Assembly (NCBI RefSeq): GCF_022045235.1
Contig: NW_027266265.1
Span: 34,720,001 to 34,784,000, forward strand
Length of the DNA stretch: 64,000 nucleotides
Source of the DNA: Haliotis cracherodii
Taxonomy: Eukaryota
Reading direction: 5' to 3'
The translations under genes were made by a program, and so were the position numbers. Positions 23,801 to 33,470 of the stretch are shown here, piece by piece (position 1 is the stretch's first letter; each line of letters opens with the position of its first letter). Below the pieces are notes generated by a model that saw nothing but the letters and a program-made list of their open reading frames with translations, was not told the DNA's origin and searched no databases.

Positions 23801-25177
23801 TTACTGTTCCATCTCTGCTTGAAGACACCTCCATTGGCGTGGACTTTCTAATCAGCATGATCAGCCAAAACAGTGCCAAGGCTTCTAAATTCTCAGTAGT
23901 AAACAAGTTTAATCCAGGAAATTTGAATGTGAGTGAGTATGGTTTTACGCCGCATTTAACAATACTCCAGCAATATTATGGCGGGGGACACCAGAAATGG
24001 GCTTCACACATTGTACCCATGTCGGGAATCAAAACTGGCTCTTTGGTGTGATGAGCGAACGTTTTAACCACTAGCCTACCCAACCGTCCCTTTGAATGTG
24101 AAAAAAGCCATGCTGTATTACATCGTCTTGGATGTTTTACACATCCTATCATCTTGAGTTTCAATGGAATGTACAGGTTTATAGTTTCTGTGGCGTTTTT
24201 CTTCATGTTCTTTGGCAGTGATCAAATTTCCCTGTCAAGGTGGTTACGAATCAAAACTGAAAAACTGTTTATAGAAGGTAAGATGAAATGGGGTTTAACG
24301 CCGCGTCCAAGATTTTTGCACTTATATAACGACGTGCATGCACGTTTATGTATAGTGATGTGCATGCATGTGTGTGTTTGTGGCTGCTTGTACTAACTAG
24401 CAGTTTAACATGAACATCCCACTTAGACTCCAAGCCAACCAGTCCTTGTTTTGGACCCTTGTTGCCAAGCGCCAGAAAGGGTAAAACAAGTACCATCTTT
24501 TAACGTCTTTTCATATGACGGGGCTGGGAATGGAACCCCAGACCTTCCGCTCTATGGACGGACGCTCTACCACAAGAGAATTCTTAATAGAAAACAGACA
24601 TCTCATGCAGAGAGGTACCGTTTCAGAAATTATCTAATTTTAATTATAGGTCCCCTCCACTCAGTTATTTTTTATATTATAAGTCGACTAAACTTTTAGA
24701 AAGGTGCTGAATGTTCACTGGGCATTGAAGATTTCATACCAACAAAAGATAAACATAATATTAATAACATGCAACTTAACTCCAGAATCGCCTAAATCCA
24801 CCAATTGTGACCCGTATTTTCCTCCGGTCTTTCTCCTCCAAATATGCATAATATGTTCCACTCGCTCCTGAACTGATTCCAAGAGTCAATAAAAAACGTT
24901 TTGGCCATTTACGTACTTTTGTAGAAGTGCTAGAAATATTGCTTTTATGACGGAATGGTTTCAAAGATTGCCATAGTGATACTCTAGGATATTTTCTGCA
25001 CAGGCATCTGTTCGTCACTATGCTTGGTTGTGAATGTAGTTGGCTGTGAAATTGATGACCTAGTTTTCTGCTGATGGGCATCAGCCATCTTGAACATACA
25101 GAGGTTGATCTTAGGCTTGTTGCTGCATATGACAGCATGACAGGGATGTTGGAAGCAAAGGTAGTTCTGGACAACAT
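192..25177 (-). CDS. ADCK5: AarF domain-containing kinase 5 (UbiB/ABC1 atypical kinase), multi-exon, ~626 aa with exon 9b or ~636 aa with 9a
   Basis: Phase-consistent exons: 25177-24780, 23254-22990, 22240-22100, 19506-19393, 17585-17454, 10266-10183, 8222-7970, [7159-6952 or 4987-4810], 1994-1920, 1045-821, 207-192. Motifs [60 protein letters not shown] favours ADCK5 over ADCK1. Confidence 0.92.
350..562. repeat. ~30-bp minisatellite
   Basis: Repeated acaaacaataaa...atccatagtt, about 7 degenerate copies. Confidence 0.75.
821..1045 (-). CDS. ADCK5: ADCK5 penultimate (or terminal) coding exon
   Basis: ttgtag acceptor; SAISGTARQ...[15 protein letters not shown]...EGKR; ends AG|GTAG with an in-frame TAG if unspliced. 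Confidence 0.8.
1517..1781 (-). mobile_element. tRNA-derived SINE family A
   Basis: Similar to copies at 22335-22602, 29085-29357, 29755-30037; A/B-box head, (ACTC)n tail. Confidence 0.8.
1920..1994 (-). CDS. ADCK5: ADCK5 exon
   Basis: tttcag/gtaggc boundaries; (R)[24 protein letters not shown]. Confidence 0.88.
2387..3066. repeat. 71-bp tandem repeat, ~9.5 copies
   Basis: Unit caatgtcattttgtcacacagttctcattcatcgtcatgtctgtgtacactggcatgagataatcaaacaa. Confidence 0.92.
3405..4045. repeat. 20-bp minisatellite, degenerating rightwards
   Basis: Unit ccattgtrtccatctgatcc. Confidence 0.88.
4810..4987 (-). CDS. ADCK5: ADCK5 alternative exon 9b (putative mutually exclusive)
   Basis: tttccttag/gtgggt boundaries, 178 nt, phase 1 to 2; [13 protein letters not shown]...[10 protein letters not shown]. 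Confidence 0.82.
6952..7159 (-). CDS. ADCK5: ADCK5 alternative exon 9a (putative mutually exclusive)
   Basis: ctcctcag/gtagga boundaries, 208 nt, phase 1 to 2; [13 protein letters not shown]...[10 protein letters not shown]. Confidence 0.75.
7970..8222 (-). CDS. ADCK5: ADCK5 exon (catalytic loop)
   Basis: ttccag/gtgagg boundaries; [11 protein letters not shown] and LVLLDHGLY; ends phase 1. Confidence 0.92.
10183..10266 (-). CDS. ADCK5: ADCK5 exon
   Basis: ttttag/gtaaat boundaries; [28 protein letters not shown]. Confidence 0.9.
10730..10924 (+). repeat. DIRS left inverted terminal repeat
   Basis: Reverse complement of 17017-17211; no mismatch seen by eye. Confidence 0.93.
11533..13431 (+). 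CDS. DIRS ORF1 gag-like protein with N-terminal Cys/His zinc finger
   Basis: Open frame [17 protein letters not shown], low-complexity middle, basic C-terminus; probable upstream micro-exon 11002-11016. Confidence 0.85.
   Translation, partial: TFKLCTGCGINVPPQDQHAFCLKCLVENGHDDQSCPTCKAFTPKTMKRRHADLLHYKSLLEAGVDIHSKKAIPPPSKKGKNKPKANKPSATVSSAPSSRAGGEGSRVPEVPLTAPSSAPSLADISALFKSQMASMMEEVKSQLREEMRAGPSSSSAPGAVSRSCGMPGVGRGRPLDLGDDPRPGFGSGSRSLPSEGVASAGSFTTSAPLFLAGSDAFSEAEAPASGFMAQSQVGSLEPPAPRDRDSASGRGQPGDAKTQAFGCPFPASSAHSLEDESTTVGSESREEEWMEEGGDDSEASGIFSIASSLRHVRDKIVQVLPQVAAPMPESDPTEFRLPGDAFAPSKAPQVRLRILSSLTHEVIDPLLSGARRKFDLPELNKRYPLAEDGDFEVPVVDECVWTSVTLGGSSTPALAKAKQGRRLPPFPMCGAELKAAYVCFEEQYRNAGQQLRIAVHSAYLSAVQRELVGEGPADSSELAVQLTEVHSHLARDAIRSCASQMMCAVMGMRRLWMSVSKYSTSTRQDLLALPYKMGSTLFPGAQQVVREAAQMYASIKDSKALLEIPSVKPRKRASPLESSHADAPAQKSAPTWKQPLPTGKGAGRSKRGRGRGKAAGRGQQPFRGAGNPSGSH
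13187..16417 (+). CDS. DIRS pol: reverse transcriptase - RNase H - DAM-like methyltransferase, here in frame with the tyrosine recombinase
   Basis: [16 protein letters not shown] (RT); TDAS, HINVLE, DN, ADALSR (RNase H); DLFAS, AFPP (MT); SGRR, HSVR, FIKHY (YR). Confidence 0.93.
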   Translation: MPPSRTLRPCWKYLALNRVSGPLRLNPPTLTRRLRSPHLLGSSRFLQVRAPGGASEAGAGARQLVEASSLFAGPGTHRVPISARSAPVIELLTAGVHCLKPDVPVGGRLALFLREWETVTSNPWTLSTLRDGHLPRWKHHPPPFSGIKHTPVPATREKAEFLRAEVNALLMKAAIESVPVGQESEGFYSTYFLVTKKDGGFRPILNLRRLNNHIEVPSFRMETLCSVISAVETGEWLTSIDLKDAYLHVPIHPEFKKYLRFSFDGRCYQFRVLPFGIATAPRVFTKLMLIPAQIARSKGRLCHPYLDDWLLRALSQSLSQIATQQVIDILITLGWIVNLKKSDLRPTQNLVFLGANFNTVSGLVSLSQDRITKVRSVTTQFLLSASHTARTWLQLLGNMTATVDVVWRARLRMRPIQQALRRLWVNSENLETVLETPQWLITHLQWWTEVGNLSRGLPLDTPVPSLTVQTDASLSGWGGVLNDHTASGLWSQQEIKLHINVLELRAVRLVFQRFLDLLRGQVVRLEMDNQTAMTYIRKQGGTVSPSLLQETWQFLLWCDSHDIRVLPVYLPGVDNVRADALSRRILAPHEWRLDPGIFGIISQLYGSFQVDLFASGVNHQTPTFCSRVPDPRSVAPDAFQLDWTDRILWAFPPVPLIHKVLSQLTTQPARLLVLLAPLWSAQSWFPVILRFLAQPPVLLPLRPDLLSQNGALHPKSQDSVGGLATVRNRLQKSGIPARVADTILASRRDSTNVQYEDRWACYARWCVDRGIADPFSADLVAVLEFLQSRLDDGLAASTVRGYSTAIAAFHVPVDGALLGAHPLVQRFLAGVDRIRPPVRRISPPWDLSIILDWLSGPSFRDLSSLSLQLLSWKTAFLVAITSGRRVGDIHAMSADPELTVFHRDRVSIRLPDSYRPKVAHAFHVTAPIELPALSQPSSSGTTARHAHVLDVRRTLKAYISRTKGIRKDNQLFCCYGGRKAGSPASKQTISRWIVSTICTSYTLQGRDPPTKLKAHSVRAVATSQAYAAALPIEEICSAAIWSQPSTFIKHYQLDKHSSERARFGQSVLRTGQSSNL
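13531..15459 (+). CDS. DIRS ORF3 N-terminal extension overlapping pol (normally continuous with YR)
   Basis: 642-codon open frame overlapping RT in another frame; becomes continuous with YR if one A at 15329-15331 is removed. Confidence 0.7.
   Translation: MGDSHLKSLDPVHSKGWPLASVETSSAPLLRDKAHSGACYPREGGIPPCRGQRTSYEGGDRIGSRGTGKRGLLLDLFPSHQKRRRVQTYSQSEKVEQSYRGTVLPDGDTVLSDLRGRDRRMANVNRPKRRLSPRTHTPRVQEIPQVFFRREVLSVQGSTIRDRHGPEGVHQADVDSGPNSQVERSALPPIPRRLVTKSSIAIPESDSYTTSDRYSDHSRVDSQSQEVRPETYSESSLPRGEFQHGERSCITVTRSHYQGQKRYYPVPSVRKSHCSYMAPVTGQHDGDSGCGLAGAPENETHSTSAPSTLGELGKSRDCSRDPAVAHYTPSVVDRGRESVPGAPPRHSRSVSHSSNRRVTLRLGRRSERSHCLGTMVPAGDQIAYQCARTESGQVGVPTLPGSASWPSGSSRDGQPNGDDLHPEAGGNGVSVASPRDVAVPPMVRLTRYQGATCLSPGGRQRPCGRSVSPDPRSSRVEARPGDIRDYLPIIRVVPGGSVCVWGEPPDTNVLLPSPRPEVGGTGRLPARLDGQNSVGIPPSTSDPQGPISAHHSTCATTCAPGTSLVGAELVSSNTQVSGSASCSITFTTGPTIPERGPPPEIPGFSGWLGHCQESPPEERYSCTSCRHNTGFAEGFDKRSVRG
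16883..16976 (+). repeat. DIRS internal complementary region (ICR)
   Basis: First half complementary to the left end (ttctctttcagattaaatcctcc...), second half to the right extension (...ctctacaggtttgtaaaa). Confidence 0.9.
17017..17211 (-). repeat. DIRS right inverted terminal repeat (followed by right extension to 17247)
   Basis: Reverse complement of 10730-10924. Confidence 0.93.
17454..17585 (-). CDS. ADCK5: ADCK5 exon
   Basis: ttccag/gtaggt boundaries; [16 protein letters not shown]...[12 protein letters not shown]. Confidence 0.9.
17961..18795 (+). mobile_element. HINE/pearl-like non-autonomous element with an internal 156-bp tandem array
   Basis: atatcccccgc near both ends, ~4.4 copies of a 156-bp core, (GGAC)n microsatellite, terminal GC-rich hairpin cccccgc...gcggggg. 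Confidence 0.75.
18931..19037. mobile_element. Palindromic MITE (second copy at 9208-9316)
   Basis: gggcccgttccacaaagcgatcttagc ... gctaagatcgctttgaggaacggggccc. Confidence 0.7.
19393..19506 (-). CDS. ADCK5: ADCK5 exon
   Basis: ttccag/gtaact boundaries; [38 protein letters not shown] (not in ORF track). Confidence 0.9.
19600..20960 (-). mobile_element. Degenerate, internally deleted DIRS-like relic
   Basis: Imperfect inverted termini (ctacctttaca...gacagttgaa), GC-rich core, RT remnant [19 protein letters not shown]. Confidence 0.5.
22100..22240 (-). CDS. ADCK5: ADCK5 exon (AAAS loop, VAVK)
   Basis: ctacag/gtaaac boundaries, 47 codons, [13 protein letters not shown]...VAVK. Confidence 0.92.
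22990..23254 (-). CDS. ADCK5: ADCK5 exon (KxGQ motif)
   Basis: ttttag acceptor, gtaggt donor; [12 protein letters not shown]...[11 protein letters not shown]. Confidence 0.92.
24780..25177 (-). CDS. ADCK5: ADCK5 first coding exon (mitochondrial-targeting-like N-terminus)
   Basis: GCCATG start at 25177, upstream acceptor ttttcag before 25223; Arg/Ser-rich leader ending GGFRRFW, continuous with RSLVIG of the next exon. Confidence 0.8.
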
Positions 25178-28100
25178 GGCGTTCCTTCCTGCTTCTCCTT
25201 ACTTTGCATCGTAGGCCATCAATCTGAAAACAATTATATGAACAAACAGTCATAGCGAGTAATAACACAGTACCTATACCTTGTTTCCTTTAAGAAGGGT
25301 TTTAATTTATTACTCACCCATGAAGAGAAGACCCGTCTAATATCAATACACATTTATAAAACAAATACAAATTTTGTGTTCGCTGTGCCTTAACCTTGGT
25401 ATAATTGAAAATATCTGGATATTTTTATATAGTATGGTGTAGTTTTCTATCAGGAATAAATGTGCAAAATATTTCTTCAATTGGCCTTTGTTTAATGAAG
25501 CACTGACAGTCAGAAATCGTCCACCCTCTTCACAGAGCCTTATGTCCAAACAATTCAGCAGGCTAAAAGTTCAACAGTGTTATATAACACCAAGTATGGA
25601 TGCGACTATATTTTGTCATGGTCATTCCAAAGGTGGCATCAGTATCACGGTGCAACTGTACTCCACATCTACTCTTCTCCGAGATGGATAATCTACTCCT
25701 GATAGACACTACTATTTTGCATACCCTAAGAATGTATCGCAAAACCTGCAATATTATTGACATATTTTACTTGAATTTTCAAGTTGTTTTTTTATAGTTG
25801 CCTATGATCTTTCGCAGGACACAGGAACAAATATGATATACAGAAATTATACAAATACTCACTTTTGCATTAAAAGGTTCAGAGATTCACTAATAAACAA
25901 AACCTTATGTCATTTAGCATATCACACTGCATCTATTAACACCCTTGGACTTTGTGTTGCAAATGAGAGTAACCCTCTTTGCAAAAGGGGGAGGATAATA
26001 AAAATATTGTCCATATGTCAACTGATGCAATCGCATGTCGTGAAATTTTTGTGCTCCGAAAATGCCTAAATGGATTAGCTAGATGCTAATTACAATCAAT
26101 TTTATAACAGATAAACAATCTGCCGCCCATATGAAATCACGCAGTCAACATGACATGATGCAATGGTCCCTCATCAGGTTTCCCTAACCTACACTCAACG
26201 AAGAGTGAAGCTCTGAATGAAGATGTTCCAAACTTGGTAAGGCTAATGTGAACATGTTTTTAAAATCGGCATCTTATAATCATCTCATAGAAAGTTTACC
26301 TTATTGCCAGGTTACACCTTGAGTAAGTCGAATCATGAGCTACAAATGTTGCATTCATATGTCCCCCTTATATCAGTTTGTTGTTTAACACCGAACTCAG
26401 CAATATTCCAGTTATATGACGGCGGTCTGTAAATAATCGAGTCTGGACCAGACAATCCAGTGATTGATATCTTGAGCATCGATTCACGCAATTGGGATCG
26501 ATGACATGCATCAACCAAGTCAGCAAGCCTGACCACCCGATCACTTTAGTTTGCCTTTAACGACAAGCATAGTCACCTTTTACGGCAAGCATGGGTTGCT
26601 GAAGACCTATTCTACCCAGAATCTTCACGGGTCTCATATTAAGGGTGTAATGCTTGATCAAGCTAATAATGCAACATAATTGTCCATGAGTGAATGAGTG
26701 TAGCCTTACCCTGCTTTCAGGAATATTCCATCAATATATCATGGGGAAACATCAGAAACGAGCTCCACACATACCCAAGTGGTGTATCATGCCCAGGTGC
26801 TCGACATTACGAGCGAGAATAGCTCCAAGCACATGTCAAACCATTCAAGATGATAGTCCAAAATAAGCAAGTTTTGAATCCACAAAGAAAAAGCTGATAC
26901 TAGAGCTGGGACGAGACCAAATTCACTACCAGGGTACCCACCCCTCTATTATCCGACACTACCCGAGGTACAAAATGTCCGATTGGGATTAGTTTGACCA
27001 TAGCCAAGGACAGAATGTATGTGGATACATGTATAAAACAATCTGGTCATGCATACACTGATGTTGACTGAAGTTTTATCTTTATTCAAACATAAAAATC
27101 AGAAGGAATGGATGCATAGTCAGAAAGAAATCTGAACATTAGGACTTGTAGTGTAACCATATAGATCTAGTGTCCTAGATCATTTTTGTCATTAAACATC
27201 ATATTACGTGACTAACCATGGGTCTGGGTAGTACTGTGGGTACCCAGATCCTTCTAAGAACCCACCCAAGTCGAGTAGCTGAGTTATGGTTCATATATCA
27301 CATTCATTAATGTTCATTCTCATACATTACAACGCTGACTGATTAATATGGATATCAGAATGAAATCAAAATGACACTTTGACAGGCCAAACAAAATGAC
27401 AGAAAATGTCTGATATCACATTCACTATCAGTACTACTCATTGTCACTAATTATAAAAAGTTAACCGATAAATACTAATACAGGATGACAAATAATAAAG
27501 CATGAATGTATTTCATCATGCAAAGACACCGACGTCAATATGAAACAAACTGACATGTCTTTTTCCCAGCATCATATTGTCAAAATGAATCAATGCCCTT
27601 GACCACTTCTCATTTTTTCTCAGATTTAGATTGTATGTCAGTACTCGAGACCTTTGCTTACGACACGAGTCCGTCTAGTTTCTAAACTCGACCGGTTAGA
27701 GTAGGCCCACCCGAATACCCTTCATAAGGTCAGTGTCCTATCGAAAAGGCCTCAGTGTTCTGTACTCAAAACAATGTCATTTGCAACCAGGAACTGACGT
27801 TATGCACTCTTCCTTTTACTTATGAAATGATCAATTAAATGTGCTAACTTAATGTCAAGCACTGTATAGCAAATGGAACCACGTACCAACTGTGGACACG
27901 GGCTACAACACCGTCTTCTCATAACGCAACATTGTCGTGTTTATCTTCCCACCAAGCGTTGGTCGCTGTGAACTCTAGCGGGTAATACAAAAGACGGAGT
28001 TAGCTGTCATTGAAAACCTGGATCAGGCGTTTCTAAAACGAACTACGAGTAACTATAGTCCCGTGTGTCTAATAATTGTCCAAACTAAATCGTTGAATTA

Positions 28101-29084
28101 ATTTTCTTCCCTATTTTATTGAGTAAACATCAGGTAGACCTGTTCAGAACAAAATCTTATTAATCCTGAAGTTGCTTGTTTGTTTGTTGTTCAACGCCGC
28201 ACTCATCAATAGTCCAGCTATATGACGGCGGTCTGTAAAAATAAACCGAGTCTGGACCAGACAATCCAGTGATTGATATCATGAGCATCGATCAAACGTA
28301 ATTGATATACGATGACATGCAACAACAAAGTCAGCGAGTCTGTTATCACATCAGCCTTCGTTTCTAATCAAAGTGCGGCATAATCACATTGTACCTTTCA
28401 CAAAATATGGACCCATGAAGGCGACTATGCTTGTCGTAAGGGGCGACTAACGGGATCGGGTGGTTAAACCCAACTCACTCACTCACTCACTCACTCACTC
28501 TGAAGTGTGTAACTTCCTTGTCTTCGAAGTATTCACATTGTTTAATTGATATGATAAATGCCATTACATATCACATCGTAAATAAGGCTAATAATGACTT
28601 TCAAAAGAATCCAGAGAAGAAGCGCAAGAACCGGAAAGTCAACTAATAGATAAACAGCGATTTTATGTGCGCATCATATGTAAATTAAAGCGACGAATCT
28701 CATTCCAAATTTCTTGCTAAAAACAGAATTGATTGTACGATTTCGAATATACGTTTGTTTGTTGTTTAACGCCGTACGCAGCAATAATCCAGCTATATAT
28801 ATGTCTCCAGCAACCAATGCTTGCCGTAAAAGGTGACAATGCTTGTCGTAAGAGGCGACTTATTTTTAATAATTTCATTTCAGCATGAAATATCTCAAAC
28901 GATTTCTCAATAGAAGGGAAGCAACTCTTCCGTAACTGCACTTTCCACGAGCAGATGTGTAAATATGTCATTGGATGACTTTTTGTAAAATGCGTCTGTA
29001 GTTGTGAATTTGTTATTATAATGGTTTCAGGTAATGTCGACAAAGTGCCAAACGATCACAACACACAACAACTTTTTATTAGGG

Positions 29085-29357
29085 AGTGAGCTGGCTTTAA
29101 CGCCGCTTTCAACAGTATTCCAGTTATATCACGACGTGTCTGCTTAATGTGTGAGGAAAGCCCAAAGTGATGCAGGTCTCAGACGTGTACCACTTTGGTG
29201 AAACCCACGAGCACAGGTATGGTGCTGACAAACCTAGAAACATAATCGGGGCGAACCGGGATTCGAACCCACATTCATAGGGTTTGGGCGTGCCCACGGG
29301 ACGCAACTCTGCACAGCAAATCGCGGGGCCTTAGACGACTGGGCCACCAGTGCCCCC
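29085..29357 (-). mobile_element. tRNA-derived SINE family A
   Basis: Near-identical to 29755-30037. Confidence 0.8.
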
Positions 29358-29754
29358 AACTTTCTAATAAACAAAATAACTTAAATTACTGACACAGTTT
29401 GTGATTTGTTGTCAAATACGGTCACATGTTATACGTATCGAGGAATGTAAGCAATATCTATCAACTATTAAAATCTAAAACAGACTTCCATAGACATATA
29501 CGGTCTATTTGACACGTGACTGTGCATTCACAAGCTGTGATCTGACCAGCAAACCTTACAACGTTGCAGATCTCCATACAACAACATAACAGAATGTTGG
29601 TAAGAAATGCCTAGCTAGAACTGCTCTAAATATTCCGTCAATAGGAGTAGAGTGGCGAGTAGTTTTATAACACTGTTAAGGTTTCTAAATATCAATTTAA
29701 AAAATGAGATTATCATGTTATTGCGCCGCCATGCTCGGGAGGTACACTAAACAG

Positions 29755-30037
29755 GAGTGAGTGAGTGAGTTGGGTTTAACGCCGCTTTTAACATTATTCC
29801 AGTTATATCACGGCGTGTCAGCTTAATGTGGGAGGAAAGCCTGAAGTGATCCAGGTCTCAGACGTTTACCACTTCGGTGAAACCCACGAGCACGGGTATG
29901 GTGCTGACAAACCAAGAAACATAATCGGGGCGAACCGGGATTCGAACCCTCAATCATAGGTTTCTGGCATGTCCAGGGGACGCAACTCTGCACAGCGAAT
30001 CGCGGCGCCTTAGACGACTGGGCCACCCGTGCCCCCC
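29755..30037 (-). mobile_element. tRNA-derived SINE family A, full length
   Basis: A box TGGCCCAGTCGTCTAAGG, B box GGTTCGAATCC, tail gcggcgttaaacccaactcactcactc. Confidence 0.85.
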
Positions 30038-30860
30038 ACTGAACAGGAGGACAGTCTACTACAGCTTCAGAAGGTACCCTACAACACGAGGAGGCACACT
30101 TCAACCGTAGGAGGTAAACAAGCTCAGAAGGTCTACTTCAACCTCAGAAGACACACAGACCCTTGAAGATTCCGGGGTAGAATAGGTCTTCAGCAACCCA
30201 AGCTTGCCGTTAAAGGCGACTATGATTGTCGTAAGAGGCGACTAACGGTATCGGGTGGTCAGGCTCGCTGACTTGGTTGATGCATGTCATCGTATCCCAA
30301 TTGCGTAGATCGATGGTGATATCAATCATTGGGTTGTCTGGTCCAGATTCGATTATTTACAGACCGCCGTCATATAGCTGGAATATTGCTGAGTGAGGCG
30401 TTAAACCACAAATAATAACAACAACAACAACAACACAGCCATCTCGAAATGTACGCTAAATTCTCATGTAGTACACTACAACGTAGGAGGTAAACAACAT
30501 CAGAAGGTACACTGAAATCTCGGAAGGCACCTCTGAAAATAGTCATCAACCTCATAGGCTACACTGTAATTTAAGAAGGCACACAGCAGTTTCTTAGGGC
30601 TCCCTACAACAACATATGCCACACCAAACTCCTTCCCAGCGCGTGACACCTTCGTTACACTCTCGGTAACATCGCTGCCACCAGTGTGGGCGCGGCCATT
30701 ACAAGAATCTTGAAATTTGCCCTCTAACCCCATGTGTAGTAACGTTTATACTTTTGTTTATGTCTTTGAGAATGCCATCATATTCATTTTGAAAAGGTTT
30801 ACGGCTGACCATGTTTTCCAGATGAATATACTTTGTTGTTTTGATAATCAGATTGGTTAG

Positions 30861-31030
30861 AGGGGCGGTCGGGTAGTCTAATGGTTCAAGCGTTCGCTCG
30901 TCACTCCGAAGACCCGGGTTCGATTCCCGACATGGGTACAATGTGTGAAGCCCATTTCTGGTGTCCCGCGCCGTGATATTGCTGGAATATTGCTAAAAGC
31001 GGCGTAAAACCATACTCATTCACTCACTCA
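30861..31030 (+). mobile_element. Short tRNA-derived SINE family B
   Basis: tRNA-like head with GGTTCGATTCCC B box and (ACTC)n tail; other copies at 7265-7422, 23930-24088, 56547-56705 (minus), partial at 48745-48820. Confidence 0.82.
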
Positions 31031-32089
31031 CAGATTGGTTCGAGATTGCAGACTAACGGAAAATCAACCAACTACTCCCTTACATTCTTACTAATTTCAA
31101 TTAAAGATGATAGTTTTAATGAAATAGAAATTCAAATTGACAAACAAACAAACTAATTCATCAGCGGTAAGTGTATTCGCTGTCACGACAGTCGTCACTT
31201 GTTTGTAAACACAACGGTCATTCGGTTGCGAGTTCAACTCCAAGCATGGTTGGGGCCACCTATCACAGTGGGGAGTTTTGACTGCTGGCAGCGATAGTAT
31301 AGAGAGCTCCGCAAACAGACTATCGCCGTGAGGAGCTTGATGCCACACTACAATCTAAGAAGGTGCACTGAAGTCTCTGAGGGGAACTACAATCACGGAT
31401 GTACACACCAACCACGGAGGGTACACATCGACCACTTCAAAAAGTATAACAACGTCAGGGGTACACTTTAACCCATAAGCAGCACTGCAATCTAAGGAGG
31501 TACACTGCAACCTTCGAAAGTACACTGCATTCTCAGGAGGTACACTACAAACATCAACAACCACTTTAGGAGGTGCAGCCACTATATTTCACAAATTACT
31601 TTCAAATATGTTTTGGTAGCTCACATTAGTATTGGACACTGACAGGATGTTTAGGTTTTTTTAACTGTCACTTCCAACAGTTCAGTATCATCTTATGTTG
31701 TGGTCAACTGCATCTGGAACTACTCTGGAACCAGCCAACTTACCATGCTTCTCAATACCCTCGTGGAGGTTCCGGGTTAGACTTCCCAAGCAGCCTATGC
31801 TTGTCACCCCAGATGTTTAAGCATCGGATGATGAATTGGTCAGGCTCAGTGACTGTTGATTGTCAACATACACCGGCGATGTGTATCTTTGTTTATAATA
31901 TTTGGAACTGGTCTGCCTGGTCCAAACTCGATATTTTGTTGGTATCGAATGTAGTTGTTATAGAACAAACGCCGGGGGTATGTTATTGTACTGACAATAT
32001 GCTACTGACTTGTATCTCGGGTAGATCATGTGATAGCAAACAGTTTACCACCACTGTTGGTAATTAATCCTAACCATCTTTGCTTTGCT

Positions 32090-32465
32090 TTCCTTAACCC
32101 ATTCATGTTCCTCATCCCAGCTCGGTCTGGGGAGAAACTTGGCTTCTTGATGGCTGTCTTTGTTTCTCATACAATGTTCCTGAGTCTGATCCACGGCAAC
32201 ATGCCACCGTCCTCGGACAGCACATCCAGGCTCTCTCTGTACCTGTTGATGAACGAGATCCAAGGATTCCTCACCATCTTTGCTTCTATCATTGTGCTCG
32301 TGGTTCATCACCAGAAAGAGGAGGCACAGACCAACACAACATCCTCGGACACAAACCCTCTTCTGGACCGTGCAAGTCCTGTAACTGGGAACGTTTACTT
32401 GACTGTGTATTTTTTGTCATATCTCTGACAAACCTGGAGCCAGCATCTTGATCCTGTTCATTTAG
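32090..32465 (+). pseudogene. 5'-truncated, frameshifted copy of the Cys-loop receptor gene (end of M1 to M4)
   Basis: LNPFMFLIPARSGEKL...HHQKEE homologous to downstream copies; no extracellular domain; frameshift before M4. Confidence 0.88.
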
Positions 32466-33153
32466 AAGATGAAAAGAATTAGGAACGAAAATTAGTTTTG
32501 AGATGCAAAATTAGTACTATTAAATCTACAGGTAAGCTAGTTTTTACATTAAAGACATGGTAAATGTAAATGTTTATCTCCATTCTATCATGAAAACACG
32601 AAACGCTGTCTGATGTTGGAGAAGTCAGTAAGTGAAGCGGTTTTCATTGACCGTATTGTTTTGAGTGCATTGTCGACTACACACCGATAAATGAGGTCTT
32701 CATAGATCGGATGATGAATTGGTCGGGCTCAGCAGCTGTTGATTGTCAACATACACCGGCGATGTGTATCTTTTTCACAACATTAAGAACTGATTTGACT
32801 GGTCCAAACTCGATATTCTGTTGGAATTCGAATGTAGTACGAATACTGTCTTGTATCTCTGGTAGATCATATGATTGCAAACAGTTTACTACCACTGTTG
32901 GTGGTCATTACAACTTTTGCTATAATGGACAATTGTCATGTTTATATACTCAATGTTAAAATACAGCAGTTGGAATTTCCAGTGGTTCACGTGAAAGTTC
33001 CAGGTTCGATTCCTAACATGGGCAAAATGTGTTAAGCCCATTTGTTGTATCTTCCTCTGTGGTATTGCTGGAATATTGCTCAAACTGAAATGACACACCT
33101 CACATTATCAAGAAGATTCTTGAATACACAATGCCATTTAGAAAGTGGTCAAA

Positions 33154-33470
33154 TGTAACAAATGTTATATTTGGGATAACATTTTTTTAGTAAAGTGCAG
33201 ATTCTCGTACTTTTGGGGGGTTGAGTCCCGTCCGGAATTCGAACCCACACTTGCCAATTTACACATGTCAGAGGTGTACTCAAAGTACGTGTTCTTGACT
33301 ACAAGTTGTCGGACTTTCATTTTTTGTGGAAGCCTCGGTGTCTGAGTGGGTAAGAACGCTGACTTTGTGTGCTGGCGATTAGGTGCCTCACTCTGGGACT
33401 CAACCCCCAAAAAGTATGAGAATCTGTACTTTACTAAGAAAGTGTTATCCCAAATATAACATTTGTTACA
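33154..33470. mobile_element. Foldback/MITE with ~75-bp inverted repeats
   Basis: tgtaacaaatgttatatttgggataac...gttgagtccc versus gggactcaac...atttgttaca; absent from the other array spacers. Confidence 0.75.

Noticed and set aside
27880-28700. Possible non-coding first exon and promoter of ADCK5 (gtacgt donor near 27886)
   Set aside because: Plausible, but cannot be supported without transcript data
30861-30935. tRNA gene
   Set aside because: tRNA-like head continues into a multi-copy SINE body and tail; same for family A heads
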